From contig CM119268.1 in NCBI GenBank assembly GCA_051294375.1, positions 10,974,507-11,038,506 on the forward strand: a stretch of DNA of 64,000 bases, written 5' to 3'. The DNA comes from Paraspadella gotoi (lineage: Eukaryota > Animalia > Chaetognatha). The translations under genes were made by a program, and so were the position numbers. Below, in pieces: positions 51,260 to 64,000 of the stretch; the first letter of the stretch is position 1; every line of letters starts with the position of its first letter. The notes below the pieces were generated by a model, which searched no databases, had not been told where the DNA came from, and saw nothing but the letters and a program-made list of their open reading frames with translations.

Positions 51260-54071
51260 AGATGAGTCATTGGAATAAACGACGCTGTAGAGAATAGACG
51301 ATCTTTGCGTTGTGCGGTTCTATTTTTTTTNNNNNNNNNNNNNNNNNNNNNNNNNNNNNNNNNNNNNNNNNNNNNNNNNNNNNNNNNNNNNNNNNNNNNN
51401 NNNNNNNNNNNNNNNNNNNNNNNNNNNNNNNNNNNNNNNNNNNNNNNNNNNNNNNNNNNNNNNNNNNNNNNNNNNNNNNNNNNNNNNNNNNNNNNNNNNN
51501 NNNNNNNNNNNNNNNNNNNNNNNNNNNNNNNNNNNNNNNNNNNNNNNNNNNNNNNNNNNNNNNNNNNNNNNNNNNNNNNNNNNNNNNNNNNNNNNNNNNN
51601 NNNNNNNNNNNNNNNNNNNAAACGAAAATGAAGAAGAGATCTTTCCTTAGCGATGTCAATCTTTTAATTCGATTATAGGCGAGAGAGAGAGAGAGAGAGA
51701 GAGAGAGNNNNNNNNNNNNNNNNNNNNNNNNNNNNNNNNNNNNNNNNNNNNNNNNNNNNNNNNNNNNNNNNNNNNNNNNNNNNNNNNNNNNNNNNNNNNN
51801 NNNNNNNNNNNNNNNNNNNNNNNNNNNNNNNNNNNNNNNNNNNNNNNNNNNNNNNNNNNNNNNNNNNNNNNNNNNNNNNNNNNNNNNNNNNNNNNNNNNN
51901 NNNNNNNNNNNNNNNNNNNNNNNNNNNNNNNNNNNNNNNNNNNNNNNNNNNNNNNNNNNNNNNNNNNNNNNNNNNNGAGAGATGACCGAATTCAAATTCG
52001 ATCATCGATTTTTTTTTCTGAGTCATCATCTCCAAAGGTCTTATTAGTTAAGGGGGACATCCCCAACGCTTCGAAAAAATAGAAAGTGAAACGATCCGAT
52101 GTTTTTTTCTCACAAGTTGTGACGTACGAGTGACAATTTTTTTTCCTCTTTGTAATGATCGCCACTCTTCTTTCAATTTGTTTAACGTTTATAAAACTAT
52201 TTCGCACCATACATCGACTACGTCCGAGCTCACGATGAAGCACTTTGTCCTTATGCCCATNNNNNNNNNNNNNNNNNNNNNNNNNNNNNNNNNNNNNNNN
52301 NNNNNNNNNNNNNNNNNNNNNNNNNNNNNNNNNNNNNNNNNNNNNNNNNNNNNNNNNNNNNNNNNNNNNNNNNNNNNNNNNNNNNNNNNNNNNNNNNNNN
52401 NNNNNNNNNNNNNNNNNNNNNNNNNNNNNNNNNNNNNNNNNNNNNNNNNNNNNNNNNNNNNNNNNNNNNNNNNNNNNNNNNNNNNNNNNNNNNNNNNNNN
52501 NNNNNNNNNNNNNNNNNNNNNNNNNNNNNNNNNNNNNNNNNNNNNNNNNNNNNNNNNNNNNNNNNNNNNNNNNNNNNNNNNNNNNNNNNNNNNNNNNNNN
52601 NNNNNNNNNNNNNNNNNNNNNNNNNNNNNNNNNNNNNNNNNNNNNNNNNNNTCGGCTCCGCGTCGGCTCCGCGTCGGCTCCGCGTCGGCTCGTCTGTTTT
52701 AAAATCGTGGATTTCCAACTCGATTTAAAATCCATTTAGTCGCAATCCTTATTTTCCGTTGTTTACTTTTTCATTAAATTTACGCATCGCACGCTTTTCG
52801 TCGGTACCTTCAGAAAAAAATTCCATCATTTCCCTTTTTTCTATTTCCGTTTAAAAAAATTCAATTCCATTTTAATTTCCGTTTTCCGAGAAGCGAGTCT
52901 TCCGCGACCAGAGGCTGTCCGCTTCCTTGACGACTTTCCGCTTCCGAGCCCCGGGGGCAGCTCGCTTTCAGGACCAGATGCTTGCTGCCCTGAGTGCAAA
53001 GCTATCTGGCGTTTTCCAAAAAAATATTAAAGGCCAGAGGCTCTTTTTTATCTACGCGTCCAATTTTATTTGCAAACATTATTCTTTTGTTTACTTTGTA
53101 GTACCTAACGAATACCTTCTCTTCCTTTTCTCTCCCTGCCATTTTTATTTCAAACTTCATAAATCTTTCGGCCGCCAGCGACAATTTCATCTCCTGACGT
53201 CATGACGTGCCACCAAATCATCATTGAAATTTGTGATGACAACGTCGACGCCTCAAACGTCATTGTCATCATCATCATTATCATCGTCATCGTCATAATC
53301 TTCGGACTCGTAAATTTTAAACTTTGTCATTAATGAAAAGATTTGGACGCCAATGGAGATTCGTGTCATTTTCTTAAAACCTATCCTGTTTCAAAATTTG
53401 CCGCGAAAAATCCACTATTTATTTTCGAAATTCCTTGATTTAAACGGTTTTTGTTTATTTTTCAAATCGGTAGTAGGTTTATATTTGTCGTAACAAATAA
53501 CAAAAGGATTATGAGGGTAAAATAAATGTTTCGACATTAGTTTTTACATCCTGCAATGAAGTACCCGCATTTTCTTTTTTATTCTTTGTAAATTCGATCA
53601 TCTGATGTTTCTCTCTCTCTCGATGTTTTTTTTTCTTTTCGAAGAGGGCGCACGTGGATTCGCCCAGGTTCATTTCTCGTCACTTCGAACTCAGAAGTTC
53701 GACGTTTAATTAATGATTAAAACGAATCCGTCAAAAAACGGACTTCGGTGGCCAAGATTATAATCGAGTTCCTATTTCAAATTTGGCATCTTCGATCTCT
53801 AAATCTAACCCAGTTCTTCTTGTTTGACTAATTTTTTCTTTTACGAATTATATTCTGTTCGATTTATAAGCCAATTTACTTACATTTTTACACTATCTTT
53901 TTTTAAAAATACAACGCGACAACACACCCTAATTTATTTTTGACGTAATTTTTCATCATCTTCCATTTAATTTGTTTCAAACTTTGACGACGACAATTGT
54001 TTTCTTTCGTGTTTATTAACGATTGAACTTGTGTCATCGACATTCGTCGAGAGGGAATCGATTAACGAATG

Positions 54072-54104
<33 letters not shown>

Positions 54105-54713
54105 CGATAATCTTCTTCGTCGTCGTCGTCGTCGTCGTCGCTTTGAACGAATTTCGCTTTTAGCGAATTTTCTCTCGCAACATCGCGTCTTTCCGATTGT
54201 TGACTTTGTTTCCAATTTAGAGCGTCAACTTCCACCTGTCTCTNNNNNNNNNNNNNNNNNNNNNNNNNNNNNNNNNNNNNNNNNNNNNNNNNNNNNNNNN
54301 NNNNNNNNNNNNNNNNNNNNNNNNNNNNNNNNNNNNNNNNNNNNNNNNNNNNNNNNNNNNNNNNNNNNNNNNNNNNNNNNNNNNNNNNNNNNNNNNNNNN
54401 NNNNNNNNNNNNNNNNNNNNNNNNNNNNNNNNNNNNNNNNNNNNNNNNNNNNNNNNNNNNNNNNNNNNNNNNNNNNNNNNNNNNNNNNNNNNNNNNNNNN
54501 NNNNNNNNNNNNNNNNNNNNNNNNNNNNNNNNNNNNNNNNNNNNNNNNNNNNNNNNNNNNNNNNNNNNNNNNNNNNNNNNNNNNNNNNNNNNNNNNNNNN
54601 NNNNNNNNNNNNNNNNNNNNNNNNNNNNNNNNNNNNNNNNNNNNNNNNNNNNNNNNNNNNNNNNNNNNNNNNNNNNNNNNNNNNNNNNNNNNNNNNNNNN
54701 NNATCCTCGCATT

Positions 54714-54838
54714 GTCTCTCTCTCTCTCTCTCTCCTCTCTCTCTTTCTCTCCTCTCTCTCTCTCTCCTCTCTTCTCTTCTCTCTCTCTCGTTCTCTGTTC
54801 TCTCTTCTCTTTCTCTCCTCTCTCTCTCTTCTCTCTCT

Positions 54839-54869
<31 letters not shown>

Positions 54870-54881
54870 GTCTCTCTGTTT

Positions 54882-54930
<49 letters not shown>
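54714..54930. repeat. Long imperfect (CT)n tract immediately upstream of the integrin alpha start
   Basis: About 215 bp of almost pure pyrimidine sequence next to an N gap. Confidence 0.9.
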
Positions 54931-54933
<3 letters not shown>

Positions 54934-54942
54934 CTCATTGTG

Positions 54943-55304
54943 ATGGAACCGCGCGAATTCCATCGCCAGACTTTTTCCAACAAATCAAGACCTCGACGAA
55001 CTTACCCATGTTTACGCCCGCGCAGCTTCGATTTTTGCCCAACGCCCGCATTCCAAGACTTACTTCCGACGACGCCGTCGATGGCGCGACTCGGCCGGCG
55101 TTTTTCCTCGTCGAAGCCACCAACGCCGCCGAGGCCGTCGCCATCGAAACCGCGCCAAATTACGACCTCTCTTCGCCAGCATCGGACGTTGACGCTGCTT
55201 TTGACTTTTTTAACGACGCTGACGACGACGTCGGATTCTTACAACTTGGACGCGACGTGTCCGACGATAATCCGAGCGTCGGATCTTCCGATCGCGGCGT
55301 CCGT

Positions 55305-55350
<46 letters not shown>

Positions 55351-55622
55351 TCGACGCCGCAATTGTCGCCCGGAATTCAGTTCGGCTTCTCCGTGACTCA
55401 GCTGGGCGTCAGAAGTGGCAGTGTCGGCGGCGCTATCCTCGTCGGAGCGCCGCGCGCGCGTTACGGAAATGTGACTAATCACGGCGCCGTTTTTCGGTGC
55501 GACCTGTCGGCGGGGAAGGCCGAGTGCAGAAATTTGAGATTAGGAGCCGGTTTGAAGGTATGTCGACTGGAGGTAGAATTTGTCATATAATATGTATGTA
55601 ATGTTTATTTGCTCTGATTGAT

Positions 55623-55679
<57 letters not shown>

Positions 55680-57267
55680 GCCCGGCGATTTCGACTTGCT
55701 GAGCAACCAAAGCTTGGGACATTCCGTGTTCACATCCGACGCCTCAACTTCGGGCGCCATCGTCGGCGCATGCGCCCCGCGCTTTTCCATGCAGACGCCG
55801 GTTCTGTATAAATTCATTTGGCGCCGAGAGATTTTCGGTCGCTGCGTCATCGCCGACGAAAACGGCGAAAACCAAAGACTTCATTTTCCAGGTTTGAACA
55901 AGAATTTGCGGTTGTTATTTAACCATAGCGAAAATTAGGAAGGGAATATTCCAGAAAAAAATATCATACCCATTTTCAATTTCCCAACGAAACGAAAGCA
56001 TAATGATCTCAAAAATGCTGGGACTCCCTAACTGTTTTTATCTACAGTCAATCTAATTATAATGATAATAATGATAATTAATAATTATTTATCGCTATCA
56101 TTTTTCGTACTCTATCTACCGCCAACTCCCCAACCAATTTATCCGACCCACAGGCGCCTCCGACGCCTCTTCCGTCAGCGGCTACTCCCACGCTCGCTAC
56201 TCATCCCTCGGCGTCGCGATGACCGGCACTTCGGCGCTCATCGTCGACGGCGCCGTCGTTTCCGGCTCCCCCGGCGCCTATTACTGGCGCGGGCGCGTCG
56301 ACGTCGAGCCGCTCGATGACGACGCTCGTCACGTCAGCGACAAAAAAGCCGTCGCGGGGACGACGTCGAGATTTTATCCGACGGAAGAGGGCAAATCATC
56401 GTATCCGACCCACGAGGGATTTCGGGACGACGGATACATGGGCGTGGCCCTGGCTGCGACGAGGAAGATCGGAAGAAGGTAGGACAATCTTGAAAATTGT
56501 TGGATTCCTTCATCACGGATTTTAGTCAACATTTATAGGATTTTAAAAATGTATTATCGTTCTTGCTTTTTTTTTAACCAATGGTAATTGTCATTCTACA
56601 ATTCAGATTAAGCCTCTCCAAAGTAAAGATAGCTTATTTATTGAATGAATGGATAATTTTTATTCTTATTTGATTAAAATCTCACAGAATTACTATAGTA
56701 GAAAAAGTTGACGTTTGTCTTTCGAACAGAAACGGAACCATGATATTGGCGGGTCAACCCAAAGGAAATTTCTTCGCCGGGCGGCTCGCGTTCATTCTCA
56801 AAGAGGACGACGAAAATTTTGGCAATTTTTCGTTGGCAGAGTTTCGACAGGTGCGTCCAGATAAATATAAGTCTGTAATTATTGGTTTAATCCTTTCTTT
56901 TTCGTTGTGTAGAATAGGTAATTTACCAGTTACTATTGCTTAATTCAACAATTACGATGGCTCAATTTAATTTTAGACATGTCACTCGTCACCTTTCACT
57001 CCCGACAGGCCACCACCTCCCAAATGGGCTCGCTCTTTCGGTTTCTCCGTCAAGCGTCGCTCGCGACGTCGACGGGCGACGGACGCGACGACGTCTCGTA
57101 GGCGCTCCATTGACATAGCGCGTGGGCGCCGCGAATGACGGGGGCGTGGCCGTCGGACGGGCGTCGGGAAAGAACAGGGCCGTTTTGTCGTTTATGCAGA
57201 GAAAAGCTACGCAGGAAAGGGGCGCGCGACATTTGGGAGGGAAAGGTGAAGAGGACTCTCTCTCTCT

Positions 57268-57336
<69 letters not shown>

Positions 57337-57677
57337 ACTCTTTCTCTGCTTTAAGATCTTAAACCTCCCACGCCCCCCTCCACGGTCCACGCTCTCCTCC
57401 ACGCTCCCCCCCTCAACCTCTCCAGATCCTCGCCCCATCTTCCGCCCTCGAATTCTCCTGGTTCGGTCACAGCGTCGCGTCCATGGGCGACGCCGCGGAA
57501 TCGGGATACGACGCCGTCGCGGTGGGCGCCCCTTTCGGCGGCGTCGATCGGCGCGGCGTCGTCCACCTCTTCCACGGCGGTGCCCGAGGATTGGCGTCGA
57601 CGCCGACGCAGATCGTGTCTCCGAGGGACTTCCGCTCAGACGTGGCCGGTTTCGGATTCTCTCTGGCGGGGACGAAG
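54943..57677 (+). CDS. Integrin alpha subunit (no I domain), 5' part encoding the beta-propeller; truncated by an assembly join
   Basis: Exons 54943(or 55081)-55557, 55681-55891, 56154-56478, 56730-56850, 57009-57245 (indel-damaged), 57426-57677. Mature N-terminus YNLD. FG-GAP blades QFGFSV..ILVGAPRA, NQSLGHSV..ACAPRF, GSPGAYYWRG, YMGVALA..AGQP, DVDG(DG)..LVGAP, WFGHSVASMGD..VAVGAPFG..GVVHLFHG, FGFSLAG. Confidence 0.9.
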
Positions 57678-57692
57678 GTGATAGAGCGGGGG

Positions 57693-60147
57693 TCAAAATA
57701 TATAATAATCTTTAAAATTATCATATCATCAGCTACATTAAACCGGTTTTCTTAAATTATATGTGATAATTATTTGTCCCCAACTGTTAGTGAAGCTTTA
57801 TCCTAATTAGACTCTAAAAAAATGTAAATTAAAAAATATGTCACATGACCTATACAATCTAATGAATCTCCGTTTTCTTAACTGCCGATTTATTTTGTTT
57901 ATTTATAACTCTTTGATAATGCATTAACAATTATTGACAGGGACCAACTTCTAGTTTTTTAAACCGAGATCCACCTACCGAATAGTTGTCACTGTATAGA
58001 ATGACTTTTTTACGAGTGATAAGAAATTTTCATTTTTCGGCCCGCAAATAAACATATAACATATTCCACTCTCACTAACTTTCGGGCCAACGTCTGGCGT
58101 AATATCAGTGTACATATCTCTACGCATTGTCTATTCGCGCGCCCTTTAAGTTTTAAGCTGTTCATCGTAAAATGAGCTAGGATGAGACCCCTAACTTTTC
58201 TAAGTCCACTTCTTGTCCGCGGATCCCAAGTCATATCCTCGCGAAGCTAATAACAGGCGTGGCAGCAACGACTTAAAACTGCTTTCACTGCTGTCATCAT
58301 GCAGCGAACCGCTCGTCTGAATACCTGAGCTCGATGGAGGTTAAATATCAGGTTTCAAACCGTGCGTCCTCCGGTTCAGTCCTGGCTTAAATGTGATCGT
58401 GAGCTGGTATAAAAAAAATGCTAGTGACAGGAGGCGGTCACTGAGGGTCCCAGCAGCCCCGGGTCGCACCTGGTATCAAAGGCAATCCTTACATTTTAAA
58501 CTAACATGGTGACAATTTACAAGCGCCGGGTAGAAAAACCAGTGTGGTTTTTCATTAATTTTAAAATTTAGTGAGTAAGAAATATTAAAACTATTTAATG
58601 TGTTAAAATTTTATATTGATCAGTTAAGATATGCCTTGACATGAGTGAGAAAGTTGGCTTTTCAAATCGGGTTTCATTTTCCAAGAATGTTTCAGAATCC
58701 TTCAATTAAATTTCCGTCCTAGTAGCTTCCTTCCATTTTTTCGTAGGCAAATCTTTAGAAGTTACACATTGCGATAATTTCTTATTGTCCTAATTAAAAA
58801 TAAAAATCATAATCTTTGGTTTGTAAAAGACTTCGTCTTTATTTCCAAACTCAAGTTAAAGTCAAAAAAAGAAAAAAACGTACTAAGTTTTCCACCATTT
58901 TGGTATTGAGTTATTGTTTTTATTTCGAAATTGATTTAGCTTTAATTTTTTTTTTAATTTCAGCAATTCCAAAGGCACTGTACCTTCTTTGGTTCATAAA
59001 AGTGCCATTGAAGCTTTAGAAAAAAATGGAAAACGCGCAACATCGCGCAAGTTGAGGCTGAAAAGATTGCGCGTTAAAAAGTCATGGGAAAATATTTCAT
59101 CTTTGAACTTTTTAACAGATCTTATGTGTATACTTTTTGCTATTTGGCATTATATGAGTTATACAGTATTGACTTCATGATCATGTACCGACGTGATCAA
59201 GTTGAGTTTTTAGTTATGAAACATATGAACTTTTCTCGGTGTCGAGACGGACGTCCCTCGCGATTCGAAGAATGCGATAACGGCCGCCAGGGAGACGATG
59301 TTTGCCCGCAGGGGTCGTGTCCAAAACCCGTCGAGATGCCGAGGCCTAGCGGGGCAGCCCCAGCCGGGGGCATCCTTTGAAATAACCCTGTCGGTTGTGG
59401 GTATAATGCGAGGGGCTTGACCTAACGGAAAGAACCATTGGGAGCAATTCTCCTCGGCACTGTTTCAAGAGGGTGTTGATGATGAGTTGAGCGACGACTG
59501 ATTCGATTGTGATAATCTCGCCTCCTAGATTTTTTAAAGCCCGTTCCCATAAAGTTTTGGACACAGGCACTCTGTATTTTGGATGAATTTTGTCTATTTC
59601 TCATGACGGTCGAATGTTACTGTTTTTAATTTAAAAAAAAAAAACGAATCAAATTCTACAATATTGTTTATTAGTATTTTATAACGTTTGTTTTTAACCA
59701 TGACCTCTAAGGCAACGAAATCTCAGAGCCGGCCCAAATGAATTATGAGTCTCTGATTTTTTAACGATATATCGTTCCGAAGCGCCGTGGGGATTTTTTC
59801 CGCGTGATGTCGCCTTCCTCACGTTTCTGAATCGATTTCGAGATTTCAACAAGATAAACGTGGCCGTCATTTCCCCGGACTTCTTCGACAAAGGAAGGAG
59901 TCCTATCATTTCCAATCGTCCCCGGATCCTACCGAGTCCGACGTGGTCCAGATTATCCACTGAAAAAAGGCACATCCGGCTCATTTTCCAACGTCTACTT
60001 TACCTCCCCACTGTTCCTTTTCATTTTTGTTCCATTTTCTATTTCCTTGTCGTCCTTGGGCCAAGCCTCCTTCAGCCCATTCGTTTTTTTTTTGGGGGGA
60101 CAAAGAATTGCAAAAGCTCACAAATGATCATTGAAGCCGGAAACGAT

Positions 60148-60196
<49 letters not shown>

Positions 60197-60424
60197 GAGA
60201 GAAGAGAAGAAGGAGAGAGAGAGAGAGAAAGAATTAAAGAAATAAAAGATTTACTTGGGATTTAGATTCGATTCAGAACACGGACTAAATCCCCGCCCCC
60301 GTTTTCGCCGTGTGTCATTCCAGTTTTTTTGACTCCGAAATAGCCGGGAGGTAGTTTTTATGATTTTGAACAGTGTTAATGTAAGCTTTCACTCCTCTCT
60401 CTTCTCTCCTTTCTCTCTCCTCTC

Positions 60425-60456
<32 letters not shown>

Positions 60457-60483
60457 TGTCTCTCTCTCTGCTCTCTCGTCGTC

Positions 60484-60528
<45 letters not shown>

Positions 60529-61501
60529 CTCGCCACGCCTTAATTTGCATAGAAGATGAGGTAGCGTCGAAAAGAGCTTGGCAAGATTGCCGAAGAAGGG
60601 ACGATCGTCGGAACAAGAATCAACGATGAAACCGCCAGAAGTTGCGCGCTCGTCGGAAAAGTTACGAGGCAGAAAAGTGGCTGGAGCAGAGAGGCTAGTT
60701 GGGTCGCTCTGCAGAATTGCGATAGACCATCATCACCGTTGATCATTTCTTCCTCTTTCGTCGATTTTTCCAGCGATGGCAAAAAATATTCCACCAAGCA
60801 TAATGCTCTCTCTCTTCTCCTCTCCTCTCTTCTCTCCCATCTTTCTCATCTCTCCCTCGTCTCCTTCCATTTCTCTCTCCTCCTCTCGCTCATCTCTCTC
60901 TCTCCTCTTCTCTAATCTCAACCAACTCTACCATCTAAAACGTATTTTTTCTATTTTTCCCCAGGAGAACGAATTTCCGATTTTATTATTCAAAGGATGC
61001 TGAAGAATTTCTTTTTAAAAAAATGTTTAAAAATCTCAAGATTTGCTTCATCAGAGTTGGACTTTTCGTAGTTTTATTTCTTTTCAAACACTCACACATA
61101 TGTCAAAATTTGTTTCTCTTATCTAAGAAACACCGTACGAACTTGAGTTAGCTTGCAAATTTTAAACAATTTGATTTGTTTCGATCGCTCAAAATCGTCA
61201 TTGTTCCGATTTAAATTACTATTATTTTATGTACGGTCACAGCCCTTATTTTTTTAACTTGAATAGCAATTAATGAACCATTAAACCTATAACTATAGCT
61301 CAAACGCTTTGTCAATTGTCAACTAAAATTGTTTAGCAAACACCAAGATAGTACTTTCATCTGTTATTGTTTCTGCCAGGAGGCTATTTCTTCTGATATT
61401 CGTTATGAAGTTTACCTAATACCCCGACCGAGTTAGACTCCCTTATAACAAATGCAGGATCAGGGAAGATTGAACGGTGTTAAAGAGACAGGATACTTAA
61501 G

Positions 61502-61561
<60 letters not shown>

Positions 61562-62102
61562 AGGTAAGAGAGAAAGAAAGAAAGAGAGAGGAAAAGAATG
61601 AGTCATTGGAATAAACGACGCCGTAGAGAATAAGACGATCTTTGCGTTGTGCGGTTTCTAATTTTTTTTTTAAATGAAACCCTCGCAAATCCCGCTCCTC
61701 TTGCTCTCTCTTTCTCCTCTGACGGTCTAGTTACTACTCTATGAATTCATGCTCCTCCCGCGCATTCGAACTGATATGAATCGAATTCCGACCTTTCGAT
61801 CCACCTAAATCAGTCGCTGCGACTTTTCGACGCGTTCGAGTCTGAAAAGTGGTGAATAACTGCTCTGACTACCTCCTCTACTTCCTCCGTCCTCTCTTCG
61901 CCTGTCAATTGTTTTTAAATTTTTTTTTCCTAATTTTTTTATTTTTCCTTCTCGAGAGAGAGAGAATCGATCCGAGGGAGAACGGGATCTCGGGATCGGA
62001 GAACACAAATTTTCCGCGTTTAAATGTCGAAAAGTGAAGAAAGAGGAGTCTTTCCCTTAGCGATGCTCGGTATTCACTTTTTAATCTCGAGATTTATTAG
62101 GC

Positions 62103-62165
<63 letters not shown>

Positions 62166-64000
62166 AGAACAGAAAGTAAGAAAGGGTGAGAGAGAAGCAA
62201 GAGAAGAAAGAATGTAGCGAAAGAAAGAAAGAGGGAGTGGAAAGAAAGAAAGAAAGAAAGAAAGAAAAGAAAGAAAGAAAGAAAGAAAAAGAAGAAAGAA
62301 AGAAAGAAAGAAAGGGAGAGAGAGTGAGAGAGAGTATGACCGATTCAAATTCGACATCAAATCCGATTTTTTTTTCTGAGCTCATCATCTCCAAAGGTCT
62401 TATTAGTTTAAGGGGGACATCCCAACGCTTTCGAAAAAATAGAAAGTGAAAACGATCTCCAAGTTTGTGAACGTACCGAGCGAGTGACCAATTTTTTTTT
62501 TCCTCTTTGTTATGATCGCCACTTCTCTCTCTTTCAATTTGTTTAACGTTTATAAAACTATTTTCGGCACCATACATATCGACAACGTCCGAGCTTCGAC
62601 GATTGAGCACTTTGGTGTTCCTTAATGCGCCCCATAATCGAATTTTCACCACGCCCCCTTTCCGTCTCAAGTCGCATCATCAGTCTCCAAGCCCTCCTTT
62701 TTTTCCCCCTCCCTCCCTTACTGCCTCCAACTCTCATCCCTTCTTCCCGCCGCACTTTCCAAAATCAAAAACCGAAACTGGAATCCTGTCCGTTTCGAAC
62801 GAATCCCGGAAATGAAACCGAATTCGGGCTGCGCGGTCGGCTCCCGTCGGCTCGCACGTCGGCTCCCGCGGTCGGCCTCCGCGTCGGCCTTCCGCGTCGG
62901 CATCCGGTCGGATCCGCGTCGGCTCCGCGTCCGGACATTCGCGTCGGCTCCGCGTCGGCTCCGCGTTCGGCTCCGCGTCGGCTCCAGGTCGGCTCGTCTG
63001 TTTTAAAATCGTGGATTTCCAACTCGACTTTAAAATCCAATTTAGTCCGCATCCTTATTTTCCGTTGTTTACTTTTTTCATTAAACTTTACGCATCGCAC
63101 GCTTTTCGTCGGTACTTCAGAAAACTCCCATCATTTCCTCTTTTTTCTATTTCCGTTTAAAAAAAATTCAAATTTCCATTTTAATTTCCGTTTTTCCGAA
63201 GAAGCGAGTGCCCTTCCGCGACCAGAGCCTGTCCGCTTCCTTGTCGACTTTCCCCCGCTCCCGAGCCCCTGGGGCAGCTCGCTTTGGACCAGATGCTGCC
63301 TTGCCCTGAGTGCAGCTATCTGGCGTTTTCCCAAAAAAAAATTATTAAGCCAAGGCTCTTTTTAATCTCCTACGCGTCCATTTTATTTGCAAACATATTC
63401 TTTTGTTTACTTTGTAGTACCCGCTAACGAATACTTCTCTTCCTTTTCCCTCTTTCTCATCCCTGCATTTTTATTTCAAAACTTCATAATCTTATCGGAC
63501 CGCCGAGCGAGACAATTTTCATCTCCTGACGTCATGACGGTGCCGACCAAATCATCATTGGAATTTGTGATGAACAACGTCGTACGTAGCCTCAAACGGT
63601 GTCAATTGTCATCATCATCATTATTCATCGTCATCGTCATGAATCTTCGGACTCGTTAAAATTTTAAACTTTGTCATTAAATGAAAAGATCTTTAAAAAC
63701 CTATTCCTGTTCAATTAAATTTGCCCCGAAAAATCACTATTTATTTTCCGAATTCCCTTGATTTTAAAAACTGTTTTTGTTTTATTTTTCAAATCGGTAG
63801 TAGTTATATTTGTGAACAAATACAAAAGGATTAATGAGGGTAAAATAAATGTTTCAACTTAGTTTTTAGCATCCTGGCAATGAAGTACCCGCATTTTCTT
63901 TTTTATTCTTGTGTAATATTGATATCTGATGTTTCTCTTCTCTCCTCGATGTTTTTTTTTTTCTTTTCGAAGAGGGCGCACGTGGATTGCGCCCAGGTTC
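57693..64000 (+). repeat. Noisy direct copy of ~44149-47136 followed by ~50778-53670
   Basis: 57693 onward (gtcaaaatatataataatctttaaaattatc) matches ~44149; ~61030 onward matches ~50797; the window end matches 53641-53670. Confidence 0.9.
62836..62996 (+). repeat. 11-bp GC-rich minisatellite (GTCGGCTCCGC)n; its clean end is also at 52652-52691
   Basis: Consecutive exact units flank the gap at 52652; a dozen or so degenerate units span 62836-62996. Confidence 0.85.

Noticed and set aside
51267-54983. Long ORFs in the ORF track spanning N runs and ER/SL repeats
   Set aside because: They are translations of gaps and GA/CT microsatellites, not genes.
62836-62996. CRISPR-like array
   Set aside because: Head-to-tail 11-bp units with no unique spacers, in a eukaryotic context.
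1-64000. Assignment to a specific organism (style suggests a compact early-branching animal such as a homoscleromorph sponge)
   Set aside because: Only an impression from composition and divergence; no marker gene here supports it without a database search.

Overview
Eukaryotic (animal) genomic DNA from a compact, intron-containing genome: GC-rich exons, AT-rich short introns and abundant (GA/CT)n microsatellites. No prokaryotic features, rRNA, tRNA or CRISPR were seen. Six genes can be modelled from splice sites and protein motifs: the 3' end of a VWC (chordin-type) domain gene (433-2040 +), a class III GLUT/SLC2A8-like sugar transporter, a kinesin-14 KIF25 orthologue, tektin-1, an uncharacterised 211-aa four-exon gene (41208-42837 -) and the 5' half of an integrin alpha (54943-57677 +). 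About half the window is redundant. The transporter-KIF25-tektin block occurs as one clean copy (26649-~39500) and two indel-riddled copies, plus an inverted partial copy; a second ~9 kb block is repeated both directly and inverted. The 25-N gaps and indel pattern point to long-read gap-filling artefacts with two haplotypes mixed, not real paralogues. The most interesting signals in the clean copy are three GC-AG introns out of five in tektin-1, an RFX X-box upstream of a very tight tektin-1/KIF25 tandem, altered sugar-binding residues in the transporter, and a stand-alone gene for an unnamed invertebrate domain. I found no convincing wholly new biological system; these are the best candidates.
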